Assembly: GCA_050613775.1 (NCBI GenBank)
Contig: JBODTK010000106.1
Span: 62,001 to 126,000 of the forward strand
Length of the DNA stretch: 64,000 nucleotides
Source: Neocallimastix sp. 'constans'
Lineage: Eukaryota
Direction: 5' to 3'
Shown here: piece by piece, positions 51,343 through 64,000 of the stretch
Position numbering within the stretch: the first letter of the stretch is position 1
Layout: each line of letters starts with the position of its first letter
Position numbers and translations under genes: made by a program
Notes under the pieces: model-generated
Database searches by the model: none
What the model saw: only the letters and a program-made list of their open reading frames with translations
Told to the model about the DNA's origin: nothing

Positions 51343-52054
51343 TATCCTTTTAGGGAAAAATAATAATAATAATAATAATAATAAAATAAAATGAAGTAAA
51401 TAATAATTTATAAAAAAAAAATTTTTTTAATTAAAACTGATAATTACAATATTTTTAAATAAATACATTTTAATATTATAATTAGATAAATAAATAAATA
51501 ATTCATTTATAATGATAATAGAATTCATTTATATATTAATAGAACAAAATAAATAAAGTATTATTTTAATTTATATAAATATAAATAAATTATAGATATA
51601 ATAAAATAATATTATATTATATTAATAAAAATTATAATAATATTATAAAAAAAAATAATAATAAAATAAAAATAAAAATATCAATTGTTATAATAATTTT
51701 TTATTTTTTAATTTTATTTTTTTACTCCTTTATTATTTTTTCATTCCTTCATTTATTTAAAAAAAAAAAAATAATTTTTCAATATTTTTTTTTTTTTTTT
51801 TTAATATTGCTTCTTTAAATAAATTAATATATACATTTTTTTTCTCTCTAATTAAATGGGCTGATATAATTTATAAAAAAATTTAACGTCAAGTTTGTTT
51901 TATTTCTTTAAATCAATGTGAAATAACAATAAAAAAAAAAAAATTTTTTTTTATTTCATTTTCTTTTTATTTTTTCATTTTTAGTAATCGTTATTTTCAC
52001 TATTGAGTCGCTTACAGTAATATTATTAGGCTGTTAAAACAAACTTGACCTTTA

Positions 52055-53493
52055 CTATCTTTTTTTGAAACCTATAGGATATTAAATTTATATATATATA
52101 TATATATATATTAGTATTATAAATGCATATTATAAAGTAAAATATAACATAAAATTTAAAAATATTTTATGATATAATATATGTTTAATTATTCATAAGA
52201 TTATTTAAATATTAATTTTTACCATATTTCTTTCTTTCATAGAACAAATCAGTTTTAGAACTTCCCAGGTTCACACTAAAAAAGAAATTTCAAATAAAAT
52301 ATTAATATATATAATATTTAATATATTTAATTTATTTAATAATAAAAAGAAAAAAAAATTACATTTTCGGACACCCATCTCTATCTTTCTCTTGAATAGT
52401 ACACTCCTTTTAATATTCATTAAAAATTAAAATTGTTAATATGATTATATTTTATTTTATATTTTATATTATTCAATTTGAATTTAAAGTTTAAATATAC
52501 TTACTTTACAATAATAAGCATCAGAAATACCTGGTCCTCCACAGACTACGCATCTACCTTGGTAACTACCATAGTTACATTCATCACAAATATGAACAAT
52601 AGTACATGGTCTAACGAAGGAATCACAAATTACACATTTTCCATCACACTAATTAGAATTATTAAATAGAAATTTAGCATAGAATTTTATTAATTTCTCA
52701 AATTTATTTATAAAATATATATTATTTTCATTATAAAATAAATTATATATACATACCTTTTCGCAGACTCTACCAATGGCTAAAAATTATTATATTTTAT
52801 TTTGAAATATAATAAAAAATTAAATTCCATATTACTAAAATAAATTGATATACATATAATAATATATTTAAAAATATTATCTAAAAATGAGTGGCTTACC
52901 AATGCCAGGCTGTTTTCTACAAAAAATCAAATCTTTCAATAAATAAAATACAAATTGAAGATTTTATTAATATATTCATTAATTATATAATATATTAATT
53001 TAATTATATACATACCTGGATGATGTCTTGCTAAATTTTTGAATTAAAATTAAAATTGTTAAAATAAAAAAATTTAAAACATATTAATAAAAATAATATT
53101 AGTATATCAACATTATACTTTGAAATCTCAATTGCTTTTAATAAAAAAAAATAATAAAATAATTTTTAATTTTAATTTAAATTCTTATATAAAATTTTAA
53201 TAATATAAAAAAAACTCTTCAAAATTTAATTATATAAGTTTTCTTTAAAGAATCTATTATTATTATTATTATTATTATTATTATCATTATTATTATTAAA
53301 AATTCTTAATTTATGCTTAAAATAATAATAATAATAATAATAATAATAATTTTTAATTTCAATTTTAATATTTATATAAAAATTTAATCTCAAAATTTAA
53401 TAATTTTTTTTATATTTTATTATTATTATTATTATTATTACTAATGTTAATGTCATTACTAGTATTTTATTTTTTCATTAAAATAAGCCTTAA

Positions 53494-53547
<54 letters not shown>

Positions 53548-53775
53548 CATTTTTAAATCAATTTCCAATTCAAAAAAAGTTTCATCCCTAAGTAATGTTC
53601 CACAATATATATTATTATATATTTTTTCTTTTATTCAACAGTATATTAAATTTTAATTTTATTTTTATATATTCACAAATTTTATAATTTTATTTTATTT
53701 TTTTATTTTTTTTTTTTAATTTTGCTTTTTTAACTATATTTTCAAATTCTAAACTATTTAAATTCACTTACCCAT
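52055..53775 (-). CDS. RDS3: PHF5A/Rds3 SF3b splicing factor, 8 coding exons
   Basis: Exons 53775-53772 (ATGG|GTAAGT), 53030-53016, 52932-52900, 52779-52757 and four more assemble to [110 protein letters not shown]. Confidence 0.93.
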
Positions 53776-54589
53776 TTATTCTTTAATTAATAAAAAATAA
53801 ATTAACAGTGATTAAATAAAAATAAAAAAAAAATATCTATTATTCATTTTTATTACATATATACATATATGAAAATTTTAAATCTTATTTCATATATGTA
53901 TAATATGTATACATATATATTTTGTAATATATAATTGTAATAGTAGAATGAGTAACTTTTTATCATTTCACTAGAAATACATAAACTTATTTTATTACAT
54001 TTATGACTTAATTTTATTACAATAATGTATTTAATAATGTACATATATAGTAAAAATGAAAGTTTATTATTATCAATACATTTTAGTTTAGATTAACATA
54101 ATGTAAATACCCATAAGTCAACTATTTTAAATAAATAATAATGATTTTAACAGTGACGGAAATTCACTCTAAATTATAATGTATTCAGTGATTTAAAATA
54201 TTTTATTAAATCACCCAAGTCATCAAGGTAATATTGCCTTTACATAATACCTAAGCCTGTGGTTTTACATCTTTTCTAAATATTAAATTATACAATGTTA
54301 CTTTTAAATATTAGACTAACATTTGATAATTTAATTTTATTAACAAAATTAGGAAAAAGGATACTTATTTTTCTTTAAATTAATACATTCTTTTTTTTAA
54401 CAAAGTTTACTAAACTATACATAGAAAAACCCATAATCGTTTAGTTTTTTTATTTATTAATTTTAGATTTATATAATTTTATTATTTAATTAATGATTAT
54501 TAAAAAATATTTATTCATTATTTATAAAATCATTATTAAGAAATAAATATTATATATTATATATTAATTTATATTATTCAAAATACAAT

Positions 54590-55013
54590 TTTTTTTTTTT
54601 TATAGACTGAAGACTTTGGTCTTCCCCATATAGTAATATGGGTGTATGATTAACTGCCATACCGGTACGGCGTCGACGCTCTCAACTCCCCATAAGCAAA
54701 GAAACTCCATATAGAAGCACCCTACGCGATCCTCGAGGGAAAGCAGAGCCAACTATAGGTGGCGTCCTTGCCATCCCAGAGGAGCTGGACACTGTAAATC
54801 CTCTCAGACAAGGCTTACGCAATGGGATTCTAATAGTGTTAGAAATATAGAAAACTTAGAAAGTATACCTACCTGAGTATCGTTTAACCCCTAACCTTTC
54901 ACGCAAAACCCAAAGGGAAAAATCGTGAAGATATGATACTTGTGGGGGTCGATCCAGAGACCTTTGGTATGATAAGCCAACGACTTAACAACCCAGGATA
55001 AGAACTGGATGAC
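54590..55013 (-). mobile_element. tRNA-derived SINE with poly(A) tail and 15-bp TSD
   Basis: TSD TATTCAAAATACAAT at 54575-54589 and 55014-55028. T-run 54589-54601. GC-rich island. The minus-strand head has a degenerate A box, a TTGG/CCAA anticodon-like stem and AGGTCTCTGGATCGACCCC (B-box-like). Confidence 0.85.
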
Positions 55014-57353
55014 TATTCAAAATACAATATCAACAATGTTTATAAAGATAATTATTTTTTATTTTATTTTATTGTTTATATTTATAAAAAGAAAAACATT
55101 TTAATTGAGAATCTTTATAAAAATCATTATAAATAAAAGTAATTAAATATATGTAAATTATTAATATTTTCTTGTTTATTCCATTTTTTAATTCTATTTC
55201 TAAAATTATTTTTTATTTTATTTTATTTTATTTTATTTCATTTCATCTTATGATAATTATTTATTATGTTTCTATTTAATATTTATTGAGATAATTCAAT
55301 ATTTTAAAACTAACAAAAATATAATGAAAAATGACACTAATAAAAATTCACAATTCAAAATTATACTAATAATTTAGGATTATATTAAAAAGGATTATTA
55401 AATAGTATTCAAACATTATAATTAAAGTTATTAATAAAAATAGTAATCACTGATAAAAAATGTATTGATAAAAAATGACACTAAAAAAATGTTTATTTAA
55501 ATATATATAAAGAAATTTATATATTTCAGTAAATTGGACTTACGTATTTATATATATATATATTAAAATTTTTTTAATTTTATTTAAATATTAATAAATA
55601 ATAATAATACAAACTAATTTTTTTTTTATTTTTTAAAAGTTTTTATCTATTTTATATTTATTATTTATTTTTTATCTATTTTGATTAATTTAAATATATA
55701 TATATATATTGCATTATAATTTATTATATTGCAAAATCTTATACAATAAATTTGTAGAATTTGAATATATTTATAGTGATTATGTGATTATATATAATAA
55801 AAAGACGACAGAGTATTACAACTTTATTTTATTTATGTGAAAGTATAAAATTAAAGTTTATTTTATATATAAATTTATATTATATTTTATTGAATTCATC
55901 TATACACCCTAATAAATTATATATATATTGTTATACTTCACCTAAGCAAATATATTATTTGATTTATACAAGTTGAAATATTATATTTATTATATTTATT
56001 TATAATGATTTAAAAATATTTTAATATAAATATATTATAAAGCATTAAACAAAAAAAAATAAAATACATAAAATATAAAAAATGTGTAAAAATTATAAAA
56101 TATATAAAATATAAAATGTATATGTATTATCATTAAAGTTAAACTGTTATTTAAAGCGGTTTAACAATACTATTTATTCAATTTATTCTAAATATATTTA
56201 TATATTTATATATTATTCATATTATAATTATAAATTTAATATGTTTATATTAATATACAAATCCTTAATAAATTATTTTATTTGAACTATTTTCAAAATT
56301 AATATAAAAATAGCTTTTTTTCAATAATTTTTTTTTTTTATTTTCTTTATATTATTAAATGTAAAAGGATTATGGATGATTTTCATTTCAAAGTAGATAT
56401 AAACAATTTGAATAGATTATAATTTATATTATGTTGTTGATACATTAAGAAATTGAAAAAAAAAAGAAATATTTTGAGTTTCAATAATTATATGCTATAT
56501 CATATGATTTATATAGAAAAAATTTAAATGTAATTATTTTTTTTTCATTTAATCTTTATATTGAAATTTCACATTATTATTAAATATAGATTATTTTATT
56601 TATTAATTTTTTTTTTTTTAATAGAAAAATCATAAAGTACCACAAACTTTTGAAATAAATTAAATTTTAAATAAATAATTAAAATTGATTAACTAAAATA
56701 ACAATAGAAAACAAAATAATAGTATATATATATATATATTTAATTTTTTTTAAAGTAAGAAAATATATAGATTTTTAAACAATTAATTTTGCTTTAAAAA
56801 TTTCAAATATATTAGCTACATACAAAATTTTAATTTTATAAACAAGCAATATTAAAAAATTATATTAAAAATTCAAAAAAAAATCAAATCCTTAAAAATT
56901 AATAAGTATAAGAAAAGTTATATAGAATTTTATGTATTATATGTAAATATTTATTAATACAGGTGTTTTATTTACTTTTCTTTTTTAGAAATAAAATTGA
57001 TAATAATAATAATAATAATAATAGTAATAATTAAAAAGAAAACAATAAACTTTCAAATAATATATTTCATCAAAAAGAAAAAAAAGAAAAATTTTTTTAT
57101 AATTCAATTTTTATTTTTTTTTATATTATTATAAAATTTTCATAAAATATAAAAATCCTGTATCAATAATTATAAACCTGGCTGTTTATTACATCAAGAA
57201 AAAAGATATAATTCCGTTTAAGTAATATTATCATATTTTAATAACTATGATAATGACAATAATGGTATATTAAATTTGATAATATAAAAAAATTTTATAA
57301 TAAATAATACAAAAATTGCAAATTCAAACAATAATAATTTAAGTAATAATCTC

Positions 57354-60300
57354 ATGGATAATAATTATAAAAACGGTTATTTTGTCACTAATGACAACAG
57401 TAATTTGGAATATTATAATTCTAAATTTAATTTTAATCATTCACGGGAACAAGATATAAATTCAAACGAATCTATTGAAATACCGTCATCTTCTAAAAAG
57501 TTCAATATTTACTTTGTAGATGACAATAAAAAATCAAATCAATCAAGTAATTTACAAAAACCACGTGTACGATTTAGTTTTAATGATGATTCAAATATAT
57601 TTGATAATGATAATGATAACAATAATATATTATATCGAAATAAAATAAAAAATAGAAAAATAAATCCAAACGGAGTGAATTCAATTTCAATATCAAATAT
57701 TAACTCTTATGATGATCCTTCATATTTTGAATATTTTGGAGGAAAAATTAAAAAATCTTCCATAAATACAAAGAATAATTATTTTAAATGTCAAAACAAT
57801 AATTATTTATCTTCTTCTTCTTCCTCATCCTCATCTTCATTTAGTTCTAATAATAAAGTGAATAGACTATTAAACAATAATTATATAAAATCTTACTCTC
57901 CACAAGAAAATTCATTTCATCTAACTAATAAATCATATAAAATATTATTAAATGGCAATGATAATTCATTCATTAACCAAACTGAAGATAATAGAAATAA
58001 TAAAATTTCAAATCATCATAAAAATTTTGTTAATACAAAAATAAAAAATATTGAAAGTAATTTAATAACAGGTAATTATTCAAGAAATGACAAGGAGAAT
58101 AATTTAGTTATTGATACTATAAATTATGAAGAAAATAATGAAAATAAAAGATATGATGAAAAAAATAAAAACCAAAATTATTTAAGTTCTAGTTCAGATA
58201 TTGAATCACCAATAAGTAGTTCTTCTAATTCAAATAGTCTAATAAATACTGAATATTCTGGAAATACTGAAAGTGAATCCTTAATAAGGTTAGAAAAGAT
58301 ATTAAATTATAAATTACCTCGTTTAACAAATTTTAATGAATTAAAATTAAAATATAACATTGAAGATAAAAATGATATTAATGAAATTGATAAACGTTCT
58401 TCTGATTCTTCAAATAAAAATATGAAAAAGTCAATTCCAAATAAATATAATCATTATATACATCATGAAGAAAGAATAGAAGAAGATTACCTTATGAAGA
58501 GTTTAAAGAAGAATACGAATAACAAAAAATCAGAAATAATTATTACTCAAGCACTTTCTAATCATAATAGATATTATACTAATTCATTGAGTTTTAAAAG
58601 TTTAAGTTCAAATTCTGATAGTTCAAATTCTGATAACTTGGATTCACAAAGTAAAAATAGTAATAGCTCTATAGTAGAAAATATTGAACAAAAGAAAATT
58701 AGAACCATAAATTTTAAAAATAACAAAAAAATAAATAAAATTATTCCAAATGATCATTATAATTATGAATCTTATTATAATGATAAATACTATAATAGAT
58801 CAGAAAGTGATGAATCTTCAGTTATCTCTTCAAAATATCATTACACGAAAAGTTATGAAAATGATAATATTCAAATTAATACTAAAAGGGAAAATGAAAA
58901 TAAGAATAAATTAATTAGAATACCAAATAATGAATCAAGTTCAAATAATTTGACCTCAAATTCTTCTTTTTCTTCTTATTATAGTAACAAGCAAGATTTA
59001 GTTGTTAAAGAAAAACAATCATTATCACCTGCCCTGGTTAAATATTTCAATACAAAATTAAAATCAAACAATAGTTCAAATTCTAAGAGTAGTAAAATTT
59101 CAAAAAATGGTTATTATCTATCGAATAATAATGAATTTTATCTTGATCCAAAAGATAATAGTAATAATAATAATAATAATATTAATAAAGTTGATAAAAA
59201 ATTATATAAAACTATTAAAAAATATTTAGATAAAAATAAACATGGTAATAAAGATGTCGTTATGATTATACTTAATGATAAATCATTGGAAGGAAATAAT
59301 TTCAGTTATAGTAGAAGAAGTAGTAGTTCTAGTACTTCAAGTTCAAGTAGTTTCATTGGTAAGAAATATAAAAAGAAATGTAAAAAGAGAAAACATCATC
59401 ATCATAAAAAAAGTAAATATTCAAGTGAGAAAGCCAAAAATGATGATAAACAATCCAGAAATACAAATAAATCCAAATCAAATAAAAAGAAAAACAAGAA
59501 AGAAGGTAGTAAAAAATCAAAAGATAAAGCAAAAGGTCATCATAATCTAAAAGATAAAAAAGATAAAATAGAAAGTGCTCTTAATAATGTTGAAAATAAT
59601 AATATTAATCATAGAATTGATCATAATAATAATAATGATAATAATGATAGTAATAAAAGTAATGTTAATAATAATAATAGCAATCATTCAGAAACAAAAA
59701 ATATGAAAGAAAGTGATTTAAGGCCATCTATTATTGTTAATTCGTCAACCTCCCTTCTGTCATTTGCTGATTTTTCAAGTGTTAAACATGAAGAAATTCC
59801 AAAAATAATAATTGAAGAGGTTTCAAATTCTAGAAATGAAATTGAAAATACAAATTTTGAGACGAAGATGAATCAAGAAGAATATTCAAATCCATATATT
59901 ATTGAAAATATTCCAAGATCCATAGTTAATATGGAAAATTCGTATAATGAAAGTTATTCTTCGAATCAATCATCCACCAAAAAAGAAGAAACATCTTTTA
60001 TTATTTCTGAAGAAAAAGTACCCGAATTAAAAATTACATCACCAATCATTAATCCAATTGAAATAAGATCAAGAGAAATAAATGAACCTCCATTACTATC
60101 ACCAAAAATGGATAATATCGATATAATAGAACCAATTGAAATTAAAGAAAGAGAAATTCCAATTATAGAATTAACTCTTCAAAGTAATGAAAATATTAAT
60201 AATTCTAATATTAATATAGATTCCGAAAATAAAATTGTTGAAAATAGTTCATTATTATTATCTTTAAACGATGAAGCTTCTCCACCAAAATTAAAAGATC

Positions 60301-62147
60301 TAATTATAGAAGTCAATGAGTCTTCTTCAGAAGCAGAAATTTCAAATCCAGATGATATAAATTCTTCTCATTCCACTGGTTTTTTCAAAAATAATAAAAA
60401 TTTAATCGAAAATATATCATCTCTTCCATCATTAAGGGATATTGATGTAAGTCATATTATGACATCATCAGTTCCTTCTTGTACAAATATTATCATTGAT
60501 GAAGATAATGACTATTTATCTGATGAAATTATTACTGAAAGTGATAGTATTAATATGAGTAAATCATTAGTGTTAGATTATGTTAATACTAAGCCAAAGG
60601 AAATTTCTTTTATTAATGAAGAATCTAAGCCTAGTGAGGCCTATACCCCATCTGTAATTAAGAATAAACAGATTCTTTCAAAAGAAGAACCTAAATCGTC
60701 TATTGAAAGTACAGAAGCCACAAAAGTTAATTCCAGTTTAGATACTATTGGTGGTAATAATTCAAATGTTTTATTGAAAAAATTAAGTACTATTGAAGAA
60801 ATTATGACTGAAAGTCCAGGTGATACTATTATTGAAAATTATCAAGTTCAAACTGATATGATAAAGATACCAGAACAGTCATTATCCAAAGAAGAAAAAG
60901 AGAAAGAAAAAGAAAAAAAAAAAGAAAAAGTTAAAATTTCACTTGAAAATGAATCAACAATTAATAATAACAAGACTATTTATAATGATTCTATGAAAAA
61001 TATTGATTCAACAGAACCTGTGATGAATAAATCTTTAAATAATAATACAACCTTTGTTTTTTCTCTTTCTACTATTCCTCTTATAATACAACATACTAAT
61101 AATGAAGAGATTGAAGATAAAAATGTAGGTATTTATGGAAGTAAAAGTGAAGATAAAAGTGAAAGTGAAAATGAAAGTGAAGGCGAAAATATAAATAAGA
61201 ATAAAAATGAAAATGAAAATGAAAATAATGAAAATTGTTCAAAAGAATCAATAGAAAAATCATCATTATCAAATAAAAATAATACTATACAAAGTGTCTC
61301 AAAAAAAATAAAATTAGATGATAATATCATAAGAACAAGTGATTCAATTCTACTTCCTTCAGTTATCGCTACATCAAATTCACTTCAATCGAAACCACAA
61401 TTTCATGGTCAAGGCCCAATTGAATTTATTAGATCACCTTCACCAATTAGACAAATCGGATCACCAATTACAAGAACTAAATCACCTACACCAATAGAGT
61501 CAAGACCTTTAAGTCCAACACCAAGAATTATTTCACCTTATATTCATGAAAGACAATCCTTTAAACCAGAATTTGAAAGAAGTAATAGAAGAATAGATAT
61601 TAGTAAATTTATTTCTAGTATTAGAAGTAGGGAAGAAAGTCTTAAAGCAAAAGAAAATGAATTTTTGAAAATAATTGATGAAGAAACAGAAAAGAATAGA
61701 GTTCAAAAGGATATGATTCGAAAGACTTCAGATGAATTAGATGATAAAATAAAAGAAGTGCGTCAATTAGCTCGTGAAGTCTCCAAACATAAAAGGATTC
61801 TTTTAGAACAAAAAGAAGCAAATAATTTATTACAAGAAGAATTAGAAGAAGAAAAGAAACAAGCTTTATATTTACAACAACAATTAGATTCTCAGTATGA
61901 ATTAAATTCTAAACAAGAGCAAGAAATTTCTTACTTTAAAGAAATTCATAACATGTATTTAGAAGAAAATCAAAGACTTCAAGCTCTTCTTATGAAGTTA
62001 ACTAATACGAAATCTATTCAAAGAATTTCACCCATTTCTATGCCTTCATTAACTCTACCACCACCTACTTCTCCTTCAATATCCGTCACTTCTTCACCGA
62101 AAAACACCATACTTTCTCCTGTCTCCTCTGTCAATACATTAATATAA
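57354..62147 (+). CDS. Hypothetical 1597-aa low-complexity (N/S/K/E-rich) protein with C-terminal coiled coil
   Basis: A 4.8-kb uninterrupted ORF in very AT-rich DNA. It has a basic K/H tract, SP-rich repeats and a heptad-like E/K/Q/L segment near the C-terminus. No family recognised. Confidence 0.75.
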   Translation: MDNNYKNGYFVTNDNSNLEYYNSKFNFNHSREQDINSNESIEIPSSSKKFNIYFVDDNKKSNQSSNLQKPRVRFSFNDDSNIFDNDNDNNNILYRNKIKNRKINPNGVNSISISNINSYDDPSYFEYFGGKIKKSSINTKNNYFKCQNNNYLSSSSSSSSSSFSSNNKVNRLLNNNYIKSYSPQENSFHLTNKSYKILLNGNDNSFINQTEDNRNNKISNHHKNFVNTKIKNIESNLITGNYSRNDKENNLVIDTINYEENNENKRYDEKNKNQNYLSSSSDIESPISSSSNSNSLINTEYSGNTESESLIRLEKILNYKLPRLTNFNELKLKYNIEDKNDINEIDKRSSDSSNKNMKKSIPNKYNHYIHHEERIEEDYLMKSLKKNTNNKKSEIIITQALSNHNRYYTNSLSFKSLSSNSDSSNSDNLDSQSKNSNSSIVENIEQKKIRTINFKNNKKINKIIPNDHYNYESYYNDKYYNRSESDESSVISSKYHYTKSYENDNIQINTKRENENKNKLIRIPNNESSSNNLTSNSSFSSYYSNKQDLVVKEKQSLSPALVKYFNTKLKSNNSSNSKSSKISKNGYYLSNNNEFYLDPKDNSNNNNNNINKVDKKLYKTIKKYLDKNKHGNKDVVMIILNDKSLEGNNFSYSRRSSSSSTSSSSSFIGKKYKKKCKKRKHHHHKKSKYSSEKAKNDDKQSRNTNKSKSNKKKNKKEGSKKSKDKAKGHHNLKDKKDKIESALNNVENNNINHRIDHNNNNDNNDSNKSNVNNNNSNHSETKNMKESDLRPSIIVNSSTSLLSFADFSSVKHEEIPKIIIEEVSNSRNEIENTNFETKMNQEEYSNPYIIENIPRSIVNMENSYNESYSSNQSSTKKEETSFIISEEKVPELKITSPIINPIEIRSREINEPPLLSPKMDNIDIIEPIEIKEREIPIIELTLQSNENINNSNINIDSENKIVENSSLLLSLNDEASPPKLKDLIIEVNESSSEAEISNPDDINSSHSTGFFKNNKNLIENISSLPSLRDIDVSHIMTSSVPSCTNIIIDEDNDYLSDEIITESDSINMSKSLVLDYVNTKPKEISFINEESKPSEAYTPSVIKNKQILSKEEPKSSIESTEATKVNSSLDTIGGNNSNVLLKKLSTIEEIMTESPGDTIIENYQVQTDMIKIPEQSLSKEEKEKEKEKKKEKVKISLENESTINNNKTIYNDSMKNIDSTEPVMNKSLNNNTTFVFSLSTIPLIIQHTNNEEIEDKNVGIYGSKSEDKSESENESEGENINKNKNENENENNENCSKESIEKSSLSNKNNTIQSVSKKIKLDDNIIRTSDSILLPSVIATSNSLQSKPQFHGQGPIEFIRSPSPIRQIGSPITRTKSPTPIESRPLSPTPRIISPYIHERQSFKPEFERSNRRIDISKFISSIRSREESLKAKENEFLKIIDEETEKNRVQKDMIRKTSDELDDKIKEVRQLAREVSKHKRILLEQKEANNLLQEELEEEKKQALYLQQQLDSQYELNSKQEQEISYFKEIHNMYLEENQRLQALLMKLTNTKSIQRISPISMPSLTLPPPTSPSISVTSSPKNTILSPVSSVNTLI

Positions 62148-62403
62148 ATTATTTTAAAAAAAAAACACCCTCTTCCACCAAGAAAATTTATTGATAAGAA
62201 AAATAAAAATAAAAATAAAAATAAATATAAAAATAAAAATAAAAATGAAAATGGAAATGAAAATTTATTTCAAATAATAATAAAAAATAATGATATTATA
62301 AATAAATAAATAAATTTATATAGATTTTATATTAAAATAAAAATAAATACATTATAAAATAATAATAATAATAATAATAAAATAAAACAAACAAACAAAC
62401 AAA

Positions 62404-62441
<38 letters not shown>

Positions 62442-63039
62442 AAAGAAAAAGGAAGAAATAACTACGAAGTTTTATATTCTATCAAAAAAAAAAAAAAATA
62501 ATAAATAAAATAATATCATATAATATAATATAATATAATATAATATAAAAATAATATAAAATAAAATATCAACATATTTTTACCTTTTATTAATATTAAT
62601 AGTTTATTAAATACAATTTATTTATTTATTTTTCACCATTAATAATATACATTTTATTTTATTTTTATTTTTATTTTTATTTTTATTTTTATTTTTATTT
62701 TTATTTTTTATTTTTTATTCATTTACAAATTTAAAAAAAGAAAAAAATAAATAAATAAAATACATGTTAATATAAAATCTTTATTAATATTATTAAATAG
62801 GTAAAGAATATTTTAATTAAATCAATAAATAAAAATAAAAATAAAAAACTAAAAGAAAAAGAAAACTATCTTTAAAAACAATAATAATTATAAATATTGA
62901 ATAATTATTAAAATCTATTACATATACACATAGATAAAGACAACATAATAATTATTATTTAATTTTTTTAATATATGTATATTTAAATTATTTATATACA
63001 TATTTAAAATAAATAATAATTTATATATAAAAGTATGAA

Positions 63040-63102
<63 letters not shown>

Positions 63103-63578
63103 TTAAAAATTAGCAAATAAAACAATATTAAAAAAGAAAAGAATTTTTTAAACATTTTTTTTTTTTACTTTATATATATATATATAATATTCATATATTT
63201 AATATAATTTATTTTTTATTTTTATTTTCATTATTTATTTTTTTTTATGGTATATTTCTTTTCATTTTAAAAAATATTATATTTCTATTATTTAATTATT
63301 CTTTTTCTCAACAATGACAACAACCTATCACTAAAAGATAGTAATCATAAGGAATGGTATATATATATATATTTTATTTTATTTTTTAAATTTTATGTAT
63401 AAATTCCTTAATAACAAAATATGAATAAAAAAAAAAAAAAAAAAAAGACAAGCCTCCAAACTTTTTTTTTTATTAAAATACATATATATGTATTATAAGT
63501 AACTTAATTAAAAAGAATATAATTTTCTATTTTTATAAATAGAAAAGTTTTGAATATTAATAATACATATAAATACAA

Positions 63579-63610
<32 letters not shown>

Positions 63611-64000
63611 AAGCTATATATTCCTTTTTTTTTTTTTTTTTTAAATATAAATATTTAAATGTCAAAAATTTAAATGTCAAAAACTAAATAATAATTAAAT
63701 ATACAATAAATATATTTTAATAAATATATAATTAAAAGACAATTAAAAATATTAATTTTATTTTTTTTTATCAATTATTATTTCAATTTATGAAATTAAT
63801 ACAGAAGAGTATATAACATATATATATTTTATAGCGAACTTATGCATTTAATATACATTATAAAACTAATTATAGTATGCATTACATTGTAAAAGAAAGA
63901 AAAAAAAAATTTTTTATATTAAAATTATTGAATCCATAATATCTGATATATAATATATGTAATAAAATATGTATTATAAAAAGTTTTTTTTTTTTATTTA

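Noticed and set aside
52478..52669. Plus-strand 63-aa ORF and other short antisense ORFs overlapping real genes or elements
   Set aside because: They are shadows of coding sequence on the opposite strand or in another frame.

Overview
Extremely AT-rich, intron-rich eukaryotic DNA. Gene content and composition suggest a fungus, most likely an anaerobic gut fungus (Neocallimastigomycota; this is inference). Host genes: a VAP/Scs2-type MSP-domain gene, an Xbp1-like APSES factor, a Pub1/TIA-1-like triple-RRM gene, a GBF1/Gea-type Sec7 ARF-GEF, HIS2-type histidinol phosphatase, SUA5, the micro-exon-rich splicing factor PHF5A/RDS3 (missed by the ORF track), a truncated PSTAIRE CDK pseudogene and a large low-complexity ORF. 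Mobile DNA: a full-length single-ORF LINE with a 16-bp TSD plus three decayed relatives, a tRNA-derived SINE sharing a 3' motif with that LINE family, a near-complete Copia element whose PBS matches the anticodon half of tRNA-Lys(CUU), a Mutator-like MITE with a 9-bp TSD, and other remnants. The most interesting object is a 1.34-kb non-coding LTR element nested in the Copia RT gene (23238-24573). Its two apparently identical LTRs each begin with a tRNA-like Pol III unit (A box, B box, T-run). It shows a Tf1-type self-priming signature instead of a tRNA PBS, and it carries three conserved-architecture repeats just before the PPT. All comparisons were made by eye; no database searches were run.
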